DNA of 64,000 bases from Eledone cirrhosa (lineage: Eukaryota), in NCBI GenBank assembly GCA_964016885.1, contig OZ024743.1:217868001-217932000 (forward strand), in the 5' to 3' direction. Positions 43,937 through 60,546 of the stretch are shown in pieces. The position numbers and the translations under genes were made by a program. The first letter of the stretch is position 1; every line of letters starts with the position of its first letter. The notes beneath the pieces are model-generated. The model had not been told where the DNA came from, made no database searches, and saw only the letters and a program-made list of their open reading frames with translations.

Positions 43937-46900
43937 CACACACACACACATACACATATATATATATATACATGTGTGAGTATCTGTACACTACTCATAC
44001 ATGTGCACATACTCACACATAAACACTCGTACACCTATACTCACACATGGTGGATGCCAACTCGCTTTTGAGTACGGCCACTACTTTATATCCATGTAGG
44101 AGAACCCTACCGATGCGCTGAACGAATGTGACATTTTAGTCCAGCCAGCGACTTGAAAAATCTGGTACAGACACTACACTTGTGACAATTATTGACACAT
44201 AGTGCTGGGCCCATGGTACCATGTGACGACAAGTGCAGAGAGATCTCCAGATATAAAGCAATGCCTGTGCTGTGAAGCTTTTATAGTGAGCAAAGGCACT
44301 GCACCAAGCCAGTCCCACTCTCTTAACCAAGATGATATTTACCAAAAAGAGGAACAAGTCAACATCATTGGATACCATCAGGGTTGCAGGTGTTACATCA
44401 GAGTTTTCCTTCTCCTAGAATTCTGCCTTGACAAAGGCTAAGGAGTCATCTCTCTCGGTGATTTTGGATGGCCATTGACTCTTAAGAGCTCATTTGCCCT
44501 TTGACAGGTTTTGTTTTTAGTCCTGCAGGATGTCCAGTCACCCTCCTCACCAAGAAACCTTGGTGGGGTTGCCAGTTTAGTCGCCAACGACCCGACAATG
44601 AGACAGGTTGTACTGGGATACATGTTACCAGTACTCACACATACACACATACAAACACTCACATATATATATACATATATATATATACACATATGTATAT
44701 ATATACATATATACACATACACACATACACACATATACAAGCATACATATATATACACATATACACATACATAAATACATATACACACATATACATATAT
44801 ATACATACACACACATAAATATATTTCCATATCATACATAGATATATATTTACTCATGCAATTACGGCTGATTGTGTATCTTGTTGCCTTTAGTCATTAA
44901 CGCATAAATCTAAGGAAGCTAATACATTAAAAGGCAAAAGATAAGCATGAATGCATATAATTAGGGGAAAGAGGTACTAATAAGTGTTACTCTATATGGA
45001 ATTATAGTGAGTTGCTATTTAGAATATTTAATTAGGTTTATAGTATTTAATTAGATTTATAGTATTTAAATGTTTCGTATACAGTGATTACAAATCCTGT
45101 CTTTTATTTAATAAATCGTCCTTAGATTTAGTTATTTCCAAGATCTCCCCTGAACATAATCTGCATTCCCTACTGTTCCCAAGATATGGAGTTCTTTGTA
45201 GAAATCTATTTTTTCCTTTTTATAATTATTTGCCGCTTCAGCTAAAGATGTGGTGTTTATTATTGTTGAAACTACTAGAGTGTGCGTAAAATATTTTCTT
45301 AAATGTATTTGATGTAGATCCTAAATATGTTTTGTTGAAGTCTGTAGTAGACACAGTGCATTTATATATTACATTATTAATCAAACAGTTTCCATTTAAG
45401 GGGCAAATGCTTCTATTTCTTCAATTACAGCCATACGTAAGATGGTTATTGGAGGTGCCTGTATTATTCTCATTAATCCTTGAACTATTTCTATTGTAAT
45501 TAATGATAGCAGGAGAATAAAGGTTGCTTTGTGGATGGTTTGGTGCTAGGGTTGTATTGTGATTTTGTGTTCTGTTGTTTTTGTGTGGGTGATTTAGTTT
45601 GTTGTGTTTTCTAGGTTGAAGGATTGTATTATTTGCCTTTTTAAAAGGTGCAGTCCTATTTAAATTATGTTCCGGTGGTGTAGTCATATTTTTTTAAAGT
45701 TTATAAATGTTGTAGTTGCTTATTTTTTGTTTGAGATTGCTTGATGTAGAGTATGAGAATTTTACAGTATATTTGTTAAATATTTGGTGGCATCTGTGGT
45801 TTGGTGGAAAATGTTTATATAGAATTTCAAAGAATTTTTAGGGATTTGTCCAATAGTTTGCAGGTTGAAGGGGGGTGTTGTGCCATGTTATGTTTCTTTT
45901 GCGGTTTTTAGTTAAATTCTTATTGTCACTTATATTATTATGTTGTGTTCTAGAAGAATTCCTATGGTTAGTGTCCTTATTTGTGGAATTTGGTAAATTA
46001 TCGTGGTTGTATTTAGTGTTATTTTGGGCTAGATTATGAGATTTTGAATGCTTGATATTCATACGTGGGTTGATAATATTGGTCATAGATCGTGTATTAA
46101 TAGTTGTTGTGATTTTTCGGTTGTCTGGTGTAATAGGAATAACCACTTTAGGTATTTGTTTCAATGGTGTTTTTTGTTGTTTGTAGTTTTTGTTAGGTTT
46201 TATGTTTTGGTCCATTGTAGTGTTGGGGATACATGAGATTGTTTCTTTATATCCACTTCTAGTTAAGGCCACGTTGTAGAAGGGTGCATTATTATAAAAT
46301 GTACACAATGTAGATTCTGGTTAGGTTTGTGGTAAGGTTCATAAGTATTCGTAGAGAGGTCTAAGGTAACGTCAAGAAAATTAGTTACTTTTGAAGTGTT
46401 TTCAAAAGTGATGCTAAGGCTGTAATAGTCCCCGAGGAATCCTCCAATTTGTTTTTTGTTCTTCTCTATATTGGAATTGCTAAGATTGTTAGATAACAAT
46501 AGACAATCATCCCGACAAAGACCACCCCTGAGGTGGGGAAAAGAGTCATGAATGATATAGATAAGAAATAGTTCAACGAGGTCTGTAACTTGAGCAGAAT
46601 CCATGGATCCCATCGTAATATCGAAAGAGTTGTTATATGTGTTTCTTGTCCAGTATTCTCCCTGGAAGTCTAGCAAGGTTTTTCTAGCGTGAGTTTTGAT
46701 GTTGATTTCCTCAGTAGATAAATCCTATCCTTTTCTGGCAAAGATCAGTCCCCTGCCTAAAAGAATTGGAGGAATCGAAGAATAGCAAGAATCGATGTCG
46801 AACCGAATGAACGAAGCTGAGTTTCCACTCCCAATGCCAGTAAACCATTCAACAACTTGGGAAGTGTTATCCCATAGTGAATGTGTTACAGACTTTCTAA

Positions 46901-48720
46901 TTTGCGGAATGACACGGTCAAAAATCTTTGCTGACATTGCCGATATCAGATCCAGATGGGCACATCAGTCTAACAGATGGTTTCGAGCCAAAGTCAGACC
47001 CATGGTCTTTCAGGTTGAAGTGCGGGCTTTTAGGCGTGAAAGGCTCAGTCCTATCTTCAATCTGGAGCTTTCTTCCTATATCACATGACACGTCGCTCAG
47101 GGATGCCAGTGCGGTGGTATTTGCTTTTCTATAGTTCTTTTCAAGTTCTTTATACACGAACTGGCCATACCTACCGATATCCATATGGTACAAGTTACCA
47201 GTCTTGTCAGAACGGACATGGACCCCGCCTGAACCTTTCAGTTGCAGAAGGGCAGAATCTAATCCCCCTTGGAACCCCGACCTGCGCCCCCCAACCCCAT
47301 GTTTTCAATCACGTTCAGTAGGGCGCTCTCACAATTTTCCAGTTGAACATTATGAGGAGGACCTTTGCATGTCCTGAATCCATAGCGGCACCTCACCCCA
47401 TCCGCATCAGCTCCGTTATCAAAATGGTAGGCCCTCCATCTCACCCCCCTAACAAATTGGTTAGTTTTTGTATGAGTAAGATTAGATATTCATCTTTAGG
47501 TGGAATTGGAATATTCTTCAACGAAGTACCCAAATATTGTTTTTTCATTGTGATACAAGAATTAGATGAAAAAGAGCTCAACTAAATATTATAATCAATT
47601 ATGAAAAATATATTGAAGGAGCAAAATGCACAGAGGTATCCTCAGTAAGTTGTGGGGTCGATTCTGCATGAAGAACTCGATGTAATCCATATGTTGAAAA
47701 TGTAGGTTAAGATAAATCTCGGAAAACAATAAAACATTAAAAGGAAAACAGAGTCATGATATAAGTTAAAACAATGAAATAAAAAATCAAGTCATTAGAG
47801 ATATACTTCACTGCTTTACGATCGTTTCTAGATGATGATAATACATTGTAGCTATACTCAGTAATTGATCTGTGTAAGGTTAGTTACAAACTATCAGATA
47901 AAGAGAATATTTACTTACATGCATATCACCAGCTATTTTCAAAAGCAATAATAATTGTATTCAATAATGATTTTATTCAGAATTAGTAGTATGTTAGTAT
48001 CATGTCCTTATTTGGGGTTAGTTGAAGAACTAACGAATCAAATTGTTTGTTTCATATGGTGTTAAGATGAAAAATAATATACTTTAGTTGAGGTCATGAC
48101 CCTTTGAAAGGAATGGTTGAAGGGTGATTTGGCATAAAAATCTATTAGGAGGAAAGGGATTGTCAAACTGATAGTTGAATGTATCTGGTATAGTGAATTT
48201 AAAAGGAATGTCAAAATAAATGGTGATTAGTGTTGTATTGAGTTTTAAGGTGAATACAAATTAAGGTTATGGCTAGGAAAGATAGTATATTAAAAGATGA
48301 AAATGATAATAAGATAATGAAATACAGTAATGCGATAATATACAACTTAACCAACACAATATAGTACCGTGTGGTAAATTGCATTTAGTATAATATAGCA
48401 TATGATACGCTCTAAAATACTATCAAGTATGATTATGGATAAATAATCAAACTCAGATAAATTCATGTTGGCATAGTTAAAACACATAAAATTCATATAT
48501 TACAAAGTGCATATACTCACACTATATATAGAGAGAGGTAGAGTTAAATTGATATCCAACCAAAAATATACATACGCACAAATAGATGCAAATCTAAATA
48601 CACATTTACACGCATGCATATAATGATATACATACATATCCGTACATATCTATATCCACACATACACATCTATACCCACATATATACATATATACACACA
48701 CACACTCATACATACATATG
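43073..48720 (-). mobile_element. Near full-length defective Penelope-like element (Naiad-like) with upstream pLTR
   Basis: pLTR ~48720-47625 with HHR at 47810-47949. ORF starts at 47548 (MKKQYLGTSLKNIPIPP...RWRAYHF), then RT motifs and GIY-YIG to ~45050. The 3' region is interrupted by the element at 44046-44634. Confidence 0.9.
44046..44634 (-). mobile_element. RTE-derived bipartite element nested in the PLE 3' region
   Basis: Near-identical to 22467-23060; actcacacat occurs on both sides. Confidence 0.7.
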
Positions 48721-48729
48721 TATATAAAT

Positions 48730-49070
48730 AAACCCTAAACAAACCCCTCTTAAAGGGAGACTACTCTTTTTCCACCTAATTTTAATTCTTTGATATTAGA
48801 GTTAGAACAGATACTCTATACTATTTCCGGTCAGAATGGCTTGGCTAGAGATTTAAGACGCTGGTTTGAGACCTTTATTTCCCTCCGAAGAAGAGATATT
48901 ATCTCGAAAATTAAGGACATTTAAATAAATTCAAGGTGAAAGACGAATTCTTTTACTATTGCATTCCTTTTTTCTATGTCCATACCTGCATTGTTTTGGC
49001 CTTATTACACATATTCAAACGTTTATACCTCATTACACAATGCTTCAAGTGAACTATAACCTCCTCCAAA
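48730..49070 (+). mobile_element. pLTR-like fragment with minimal hammerhead-like motif (CCGAAGA)
   Basis: cct-CCGAAGA-agagat att atctc-GAAA-AT-TA-agg at ~48882-48916, then AATAAA. Confidence 0.45.
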
Positions 49071-49119
49071 TATATATATATACACACACACATATATATA
49101 CATATACACATATGCATAC

Positions 49120-52650
<3,531 letters not shown>

Positions 52651-52671
52651 TATATATATATATATAATACA

Positions 52672-52763
<92 letters not shown>

Positions 52764-52871
52764 TATTTATATGTATGCGTGTGTGTTACGAAGAGATTGT
52801 CTTGGTCAAAACAGGAGTAAGCAGGAGAAAGCTCTCAACAAACTTAGTTTGTAGTTACGATGTAGATTAAG

Positions 52872-52929
<58 letters not shown>

Positions 52930-52981
52930 GTAATAATAATAATATTATTATTACACACACACGCACACACACACACACATG

Positions 52982-53094
<113 letters not shown>

Positions 53095-53205
53095 GAGAGA
53101 GAGAGGTAGAATACTGGAAGGTAATATCCATAGTGGTAGAGCACAACAGTTAGTTCACTATACCGAGAACAATTGCTTCACCTTAAGCGGATCTTCATAT
53201 ATGTA

Positions 53206-53250
<45 letters not shown>

Positions 53251-53253
<3 letters not shown>

Positions 53254-53441
53254 AACGAGTAGGACCCCGACGGCTGAAATCAAGCCGTTTCGACGGCTAA
53301 TTCTCGACAGTATTAGCCGTCGAAACGGTTTGACCTCAGCCGTCGGGGTCCTACTCGTTCCTATTATCCACTCTACTACCCTAAGTATTGAGTACTTTGG
53401 TGCGTTATGGTCCACCTGGTTCCTTACCACATTTCCTTCGT
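53251..53441. mobile_element. Fold-back pLTR fragment (16175 family)
   Basis: Hairpin 53251-53362 of two HHR 3' halves plus family tail; bounded by (TA)n. Confidence 0.8.
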
Positions 53442-53624
53442 TATATATTTATATATATATACGTTTATATGTGTATATATATACACACATATAAACGTAT
53501 ATATAAATCTATATATATACATTTACATGCATACATATACGCGCACTCCCTTATATATATATATATATAAATGGCTTCTACAGGATCATAAATGTTTCAT
53601 TTGGGAGAAATCATCAAGAAAACT

Positions 53625-53686
<62 letters not shown>

Positions 53687-53700
53687 TATATATAGATAGA

Positions 53701-53735
<35 letters not shown>

Positions 53736-53737
53736 GT

Positions 53738-53784
<47 letters not shown>

Positions 53785-53787
<3 letters not shown>

Positions 53788-54065
53788 TACATGAATCAAA
53801 GTTCTGTTTAAATGATTTATTTGCTTACAATTGTTTCTTCTAAGCAAATAGAAACAATTGTAAGGAAATAGATGATTTAAAGAGAACTTTGATTCATGTA
53901 ATTTCTATATAACTGCTCTGTAAAACAAATAATGTTGTTACATTGAGCTATTTATCTTACTGGTAATAAGGTAGTAATAAATTACTGTCTTTCACTATTT
54001 AGGGTTGAAAATATATATAACTTAAAAAGTTTTAGTATATACATAACCATAAATAGTATCCTTAA

Positions 54066-54068
<3 letters not shown>
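53785..54068. mobile_element. Fold-back pLTR fragment with HHR 3' half
   Basis: Inverted repeat 53785-53838/53851-53904 containing GAAACAATTGTA in each arm. Confidence 0.6.
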
Positions 54069-54101
<33 letters not shown>

Positions 54102-54514
54102 AGTGAATGTGAAAGACGAAAGGTTATTAGTGAATGTCTCTGGATTTCGTAAAATACATATGTTTTATTGGAGAAGGTAAGGTATTTTGTCCGCAAAAAA
54201 AATGCACTGCATTGTTTCCACTTATGTATTTTTTGAAAATGTTATTTATTCATTATAAAAATTGAATAATGATAGAATTCTATATGTAGGTGGTCCCCCT
54301 TCTTTCCTGGCAACTAAAATCTGCCACCCTATATGTATGTATATATATATATATATTTTTTTATAGAGGTGACACACGAGTTGTGATATATTAGTCATAT
54401 GACTCCAGTTCCTCAGTGAATTAACAACCCAACAAGGAACTGGGCATATCAGAGTATTGACAATATTATACACCTAAACAACATATGTACTTGTCTATAC
54501 CATACTAATTCAAA

Positions 54515-54567
54515 CTGCCTGAAGAGGTCATAGCCAAAGATGGCTGTCACTGAAATATATATAGCAG
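54515..54567 (+). ncRNA. Type I hammerhead in pLTR-like repeat ~54365-54716
   Basis: ctgc-CTGAAGA-...tagcca aaga tggctg...-GAAA-TATATA-TA-gcag; same family as 60033-60495. Confidence 0.75.
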
Positions 54568-54749
54568 CAATAAACGAAGCTAAATTTTAATCATTTGACT
54601 TTTATTTAACTTTATTTTACACTACTCCGGAGTAACCAAACCAACCTGCGCACTTCGTCGAGTGCTCCAGCCTGCATACTGAGGTGTTGGTATACAACCA
54701 ACATAAACTCAAAATCTATATATATATATATGTGTGTGTAAGTATGTAT

Positions 54750-55270
54750 GTATGTAAACGTACATACATATATGTATACAGACGTACAGTAGTATGTACA
54801 TATATACATACATGCACACATATATATATGAACGTATCGGTTTACGTGGTTGTCTAAAGACTGTACGGCGTAATCCGGGCAGTTTGTTTACAAACAAACA
54901 AACCGAGCATTATAATAAATGTTCGGTAAACCGATACGTGCATATATATATATGTGAGCATGTATGTATATATATACATACTACTGTATGTCTGTATACG
55001 TATATTTATGTACGTATACATACATACTTACATTTAAGTAAGTGCCGTACTAAGAGTGAGAAATGAAATTTCGTTTCATTCTATTCCATTTATCGTTTTC
55101 GGTGCGCCCAGCCGACTGAACTCACTCGATATGCAAATTAGGCTGCTCAACCGTTAATATGCATAAGGAAAGTATATACTCTCAGACGTTCAACCATCTG
55201 ACAGGAAGGTATAAGATGCTGACGATAGCTAATAAGCTTGAAACTAGTACATCGCTGAAACTAGTACATA
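54750..55270. mobile_element. 418-bp family member with inversion
   Basis: Aligns to the 21760-22110 region; octamer 55131-55138, TATA 55173-55178, HHR 55215-55253 with stem I gatg/catc. Confidence 0.8.
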
Positions 55271-55372
55271 GCATATATTTTCACTAGCTCTGACAGTTTG
55301 TTCACCTGCCAAACTGTCAGAGCTAGTGAAAATATATGCTATTTTCAAAAATACACAGTGACTGATCGGCAT

Positions 55373-55469
55373 GATTTGCATATTAGCAGACTGGCTGATC
55401 AGTCAGATCTGCATATTAGTAGATACACTGATCAGCCAGATTTGCATATCAGCAGACTTGCCGGTCAGT
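55373..55469. repeat. 33-bp tandem (3 copies) carrying octamer motifs
   Basis: gatttgcatat / gatctgcatat / gatttgcatat at 55373, 55406 and 55439. Confidence 0.75.
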
Positions 55470-55577
55470 TTTCTGTATACGAGCGATAAATGGCCGGCTT
55501 TGCAAATTCAAATAAAAAAGAAAATTTCGCTCTACATGGCTGAATACAATAAATGTAATCTGAGTGTTTCGAATATT

Positions 55578-55770
55578 AATAATTGTTTCTACGTTAGGCA
55601 CAAGGCCACCAATTACCCAGTGTATTACTGGTACTTTATTTTATCGACCCTGTAAGGATGAAAGGCAAAGTTAACCTCGGCGGGATTTGAACTCAGACCA
55701 TAAAGGGCCGTAACTCTTTGCTGCAAAGCATAGCGTCAGACCCTCTACCGATACTGCCAATCCCCCACCG
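55578..55770 (-). mobile_element. tRNA-derived SINE
   Basis: Same family as 1112-1303; aatattaataat on both sides. Confidence 0.85.
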
Positions 55771-55967
55771 TTTAATATTAATAATAACATTCGATTCGTT
55801 TGTAATTTTGCAAACAAGCCTCAATTTTATAGCCAGGTCAGAATAATGAACACTTCATTCTTGCTCTTATGTTGGCATTCTCCTGACATGGATACTATAA
55901 AATTGAGGCTTGTTTGCAAAATTGCAAGCGAATCGAATGTTAGTATTAATATTCGAATAGCTCAGAT

Positions 55968-56046
<79 letters not shown>

Positions 56047-56404
56047 ATATATAAAGCCAATCATTGTAAGTTTGAATCTAACTGACATGCAAAAACATAT
56101 ATATATGAATAATGTAAGCACAAAACATAATAGATTCAAATATCATAGAGAGAAAGCGAGAGAAAGAGAGAGAGGGGGTGAGAAACAAGGTGCAACAGAA
56201 ATGAAACATGGATTACAGGTTAAAATATAGTATAAATAGATGAGAAACAAAACGAGGATGTAGTTCTGGAACACCCAAATGATTTATAAGTTGACCTTAA
56301 GTAGGAGCAATAACATTAAGAAAGACATGAACGACACCACATGATTTTGTTTTGAAAACTTTGAAAGTAGCTTTATAAGTATGAATTTTCATAAGATGTT
56401 TGTA

Positions 56405-56495
56405 GCTGTCTCAATGGCCTAACGTTAGGTACTAGAGATGGTGGAGATCCTGGCCTGGGGTTCAATCCACGTCAAGAGGTAAATGTAACCTTTTT
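56405..56495 (+). ncRNA. tRNA-like Pol III unit
   Basis: TGGCCTAACGT (A-box-like), GGTTCAATCC (B box, 56459-56468), T5 at 56491-56495. Confidence 0.4.
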
Positions 56496-56519
56496 CAGTT
56501 TTTATTTTACATCCCAGAG

Positions 56520-56624
56520 AAAAAAGTGAAAAGGCTTTCCGGGAACCCTACTCCCGACCAGGATCGAACTTCAGATCAGGATCACCACTGACCATGATTA
56601 ATCCAACTAGGCCGCCGAGACAGA
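56520..56624 (-). ncRNA. tRNA-like Pol III unit, diverged inverted paralogue of 56405-56495
   Basis: CGGCCTAGTTGG (A box), AGTTCGATCC (B box), T4 and T6 runs. Confidence 0.45.
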
Positions 56625-56800
56625 TATGATTGTATAATGAAAATTACTAATTATAAACCTACTTTCAAAATCAAAGTTAAAAAGATAGGGTGTCACATTC
56701 ATGGCTTTCCTATAACTATTATTCATATTTAGGGTCAACTTGTCAATCGCCTGTTGTATTGTATATCTACGCCATATAATACAACAGGAGGAAACATAAT

Positions 56801-56850
56801 AGTACCACTGATGATGTTGCAGATGTGCAACGAAAGAACTTTGATAGACT
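56801..56850 (+). ncRNA. Minimal hammerhead-like motif
   Basis: CTGATGA-tgttgca gatg tgcaac-GAAA-GAAC-TT; imperfect stem I. Confidence 0.55.
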
Positions 56851-58452
56851 ATATATATCTATTTATTTATATCTGTATTTTTAACCGTTGGTCAATCAAT
56901 GATAAACGTTGATTGCCAAATAAATCAACTATGGAGATATAAAAGATACAGAAGCGTAAACCAACCAAACAGTGTGTGTGTTCTGTTATTATTTCTGGTA
57001 ATATTATTACAACAATATGACCCCCCCAAGTATAACAATATTTGTTTCAACACACGATTTCATATCAAAACAAATATATATATATATATACATATATCTA
57101 TAGATATAGATATATATAAATTTACATTGCATATGAAAATATAGCTATATACGTTCAATAACTCAAACATTTACTCATATTCTAGTTTACTTATACTGTC
57201 CGTCAATATAAAGGTGGAATTCGTCCATCTAATTACTGACACTTTGTAACAATAGTAAACATATTTATTCTCTTAGTAGATTTGTTGTTAGCGTGGCATT
57301 TTCCAGTTTCATATTCTGATACTACTGACCTTCATCACTTGCCTCTTCAGTCACCCCACAAATAATATTTCTCAAATTTACAGTTGAGACGTACTGTAAT
57401 ACAAAATAATGTCTGTCTTGATATTAATTGGATAGTCTGTCAATACAATATACTTCCGGTATATGAATAAGAGCAAATAAGTTAATTTCCTCTTTCGTTA
57501 GTAGGGCATTCTGCGTAAAACCTAACATTAATAAAACTTGTTGTTTCGCACACGTTGATGGAACTTGCTATTGTTTCTACTCGTAATAAGTTTTCGTTAT
57601 AAGATATATTTGAATCTACACATATATCTTATTAAGTAATAAAAACACCAAAATTGTTAAATACATTCAAACATATTTGCATATATTCATACCTAAACCT
57701 ACCATCTTGTAGATTTACGATTGCAACAATTTTATATTAAAATATATGGAATTGGACAAGTTCATGGTTCACATATATCCGTGTGATTCTGTTTAGTGCT
57801 AGAAATATATGGATGATTTTCTATAAAGTGGCCTTAGAATGCAGAAATTGAAACATATGAAGAAAAAGAAAGAAATATTCCATGGTTTATCGTAATAAGC
57901 TTTTGTTTTTTCTTGCTATTAAATACATATTTATTAACGTTTATTTTTTATCCTTCTTATATCAAACACCTGCAGATAGTAAGGATTGATTAAATGGTGA
58001 ACTCATTCAAATGGGCTAAACACAAATGTAGAATAATTTTCATGAAGATGAATGATTTTTTTTTTTTTGTTTTGATCATTGCCTTTTTTTATTTATCATC
58101 ATTGCTTTGTTGTTGTTTGCTTTTTATGTATATATGTATGTGTTAGTGGATGTTTCTTTGGTTTGTTTACATATACGAGTGTAAAACGGTAGTATAGAGG
58201 CTGGAATATATAATTTTTTCTCGAAAATTGTTTGCAAGAAGCAAAGGAAAAACTAAATGCATTGAAAACAGTTACATGAATATATTTTCTAATTTCCGAT
58301 GCAGCTGGCGGATTCTCGAGAAAGATGAAAAGGGCGTTTTTAACAGTCCATCTGCAAGGATCTCAGAATTATTTGGACGACGTATTTTCATTCTTTCCAT
58401 GATCATGATACTATACAGATTAAAATCAACTGGTATTCACACACGCGCAGAA

Positions 58453-58496
<44 letters not shown>

Positions 58497-58642
58497 AATA
58501 GGATTTCGCTTTAAGCATAGCTTTATACAATATGTATAAATATTTCGAATCTCCAAAGAAATACGGTTTTAAGAAGCCGTAGCTATGCAACCACCGGGGG
58601 GCTAACGCCCTCTGGTGATGTCCAGCAGAAGCAAGGGGGAAA

Positions 58643-58686
58643 ACCGTCTATGCATTTCAGGTTTAACTGACCTTCGTCAGGACGGT
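58643..58686 (-). ncRNA. Minimal type I hammerhead
   Basis: Reverse complement of 59028-59071. Confidence 0.88.
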
Positions 58687-58934
58687 CCCTCCCACCGCTT
58701 GCGACTGCTGGACTAGAAGGCCAGTTAAGCCTGAAATGCATAGACGGTTGTCCCCCTTGCTTCTGCTGGACATCACCACAGGGCGTTAGCTCCCCGGTGT
58801 TTGCATAGCTACGGCTTCCTAAAACCGTATTTCTTTGGAGATACGAAATATTTATACATATTGTATAAAGCTATGCTTGAAGCGAAATCCTATTTCTTTT
58901 TTATTATAAGTTGAGCCAACTTATGCAGCTTGAT

Positions 58935-58984
58935 ATGCAAATGAGATTAATCACCTCATTTACACAGACGAGAAAACTATATAT
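58935..58984 (+). promoter_or_regulatory. Putative snRNA-type promoter: octamer, TCACC PSE-like box, TATA
   Basis: ATGCAAAT 58935-58942, TCACC 58951, TATATAT 58978-58984. Confidence 0.5.
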
Positions 58985-59027
58985 TCTCGCCTGTCTTCTA
59001 GTCCAGCAGTCGCAAGCGGTGGTAGGG

Positions 59028-59071
59028 ACCGTCCTGACGAAGGTCAGTTAAACCTGAAATGCATAGACGGT
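59028..59071 (+). ncRNA. Minimal type I hammerhead
   Basis: accgtc-CTGACGA-aggt cagttaa acct-GAAA-TGCA-TA-gacggt. Confidence 0.9.
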
Positions 59072-59176
59072 TGTCCCCCTTGCTTCTGCTGGACATCACC
59101 AGAGGGTGTTAGCCCCCCGGTGTTTGCATAGCTACGGCTTCCTAAAACGGTATTTCTTTGGAGATACGAAATATTT

Positions 59177-59243
<67 letters not shown>

Positions 59244-59302
59244 CGAGAAAGTATTCAGGACCCTGACGCTGAGCTCCGGTCCTTAGGACAGCTAGATCCG
59301 AA

Positions 59303-59360
<58 letters not shown>

Positions 59361-59363
<3 letters not shown>

Positions 59364-59556
59364 AGAATGTTCAAAACCCCGACGGCAGAGCTCACGCCGT
59401 TTCGACGGCTATTTCTGGACTCAGAAATAACCGTCAAAAAGGCGTGAGCTCTGCCGTTAGGGTCTTGAACATTCTCATATTACCCACTCCACTACCCTCA
59501 GTATTGAGTACTCTGGTGCATTATGATCCATCTGGTTCCTTACTATACTTCCTTCG

Positions 59557-59558
<2 letters not shown>
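59361..59558. mobile_element. Fold-back pLTR fragment (16175 family)
   Basis: Hairpin 59361-59477 plus family tail. Confidence 0.78.
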
Positions 59559-59633
<75 letters not shown>

Positions 59634-60032
59634 GAGATTATATTTAAATTGTTGGGATTCAACAAGCTTAACAATTTTATGACTGATATAAAGCACTCAG
59701 CAAGTTCAAGCATAGCTTTATACAATATGTATAAATATTTCGTATCTCCAAAGAAATACGGTTTTAGGCAGCCGTAGCTATGCAAACACCGGGGAGCTAA
59801 CGCCCTCAGGTGATGTCCAGCAGAAGCAAGGGGGACTATCCAGGAAGCTCCAACCGTTAAGGTTGTCCTTTTTTCCGGGTATGTCATTTATTTATAAACC
59901 AAATCTGTATTTTATCTGATTAAAGCGCACCATATTTTAGCTTGGTTGCCCTTGAAATATGTATAATAAAATAAATATGGTTTTATTAATATAGTTTCCA
60001 TTTATTAATATATTGTATATATATATATATAT

Positions 60033-60491
60033 AAAATAATTAAGTCAAATAGGTAAAATTTGGCTTCGTTTCTTATAAATTATAGATATACTGCTATATA
60101 TATTTCGGTGACAGCCATCATTGGCTGTGACGTCTTCAGGCAGTCCGAATTTGTGTGGTAGAGACAGGTACACATGTTGTTTAAGTCTGTTTTACTCCGT
60201 CAATACTCCGATATGTCCAGCTACTGGTTGCCTTGTTATTTCTCAGAGAAATAACACAATGCGGACTGCCTCTACCACACCAATTCGGACTGCCTGAAGA
60301 CGTCACAGCTAATGATGGCTGTCACCGAAATATATATAGCAGTATATCTAAAATTTATAATAAACGAAGCCAAATTTTACCTATTTGACTTAATTATTTT
60401 ACATTACTCCGGAGTAAAAAGACCAACCTGCGTACTTCATCGAGTGCTCCAATCTGCATACTGATGTGTCGGTAAACAACCAACATATACT

Positions 60492-60495
<4 letters not shown>
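60033..60495. mobile_element. Fold-back pLTR with two hammerheads
   Basis: HHRs at 60090-60144 (-) and 60289-60343 (+): actgc-CTGAAGA...GAAA-TATATA-TA-gcagt. Confidence 0.82.

Positions 60496-60543
<48 letters not shown>

Positions 60544-60546
<3 letters not shown>

Larger units (their letters stand above)
58491..59180. repeat. 323-bp hammerhead-bearing repeat: one inverted and two tandem copies (retrozyme-like)
   Basis: GAAATGCATA at 58733 and 59056 (period 323); 58491-58715 is inverted; a further partial copy lies at 59709-59836 (-). Confidence 0.85.
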
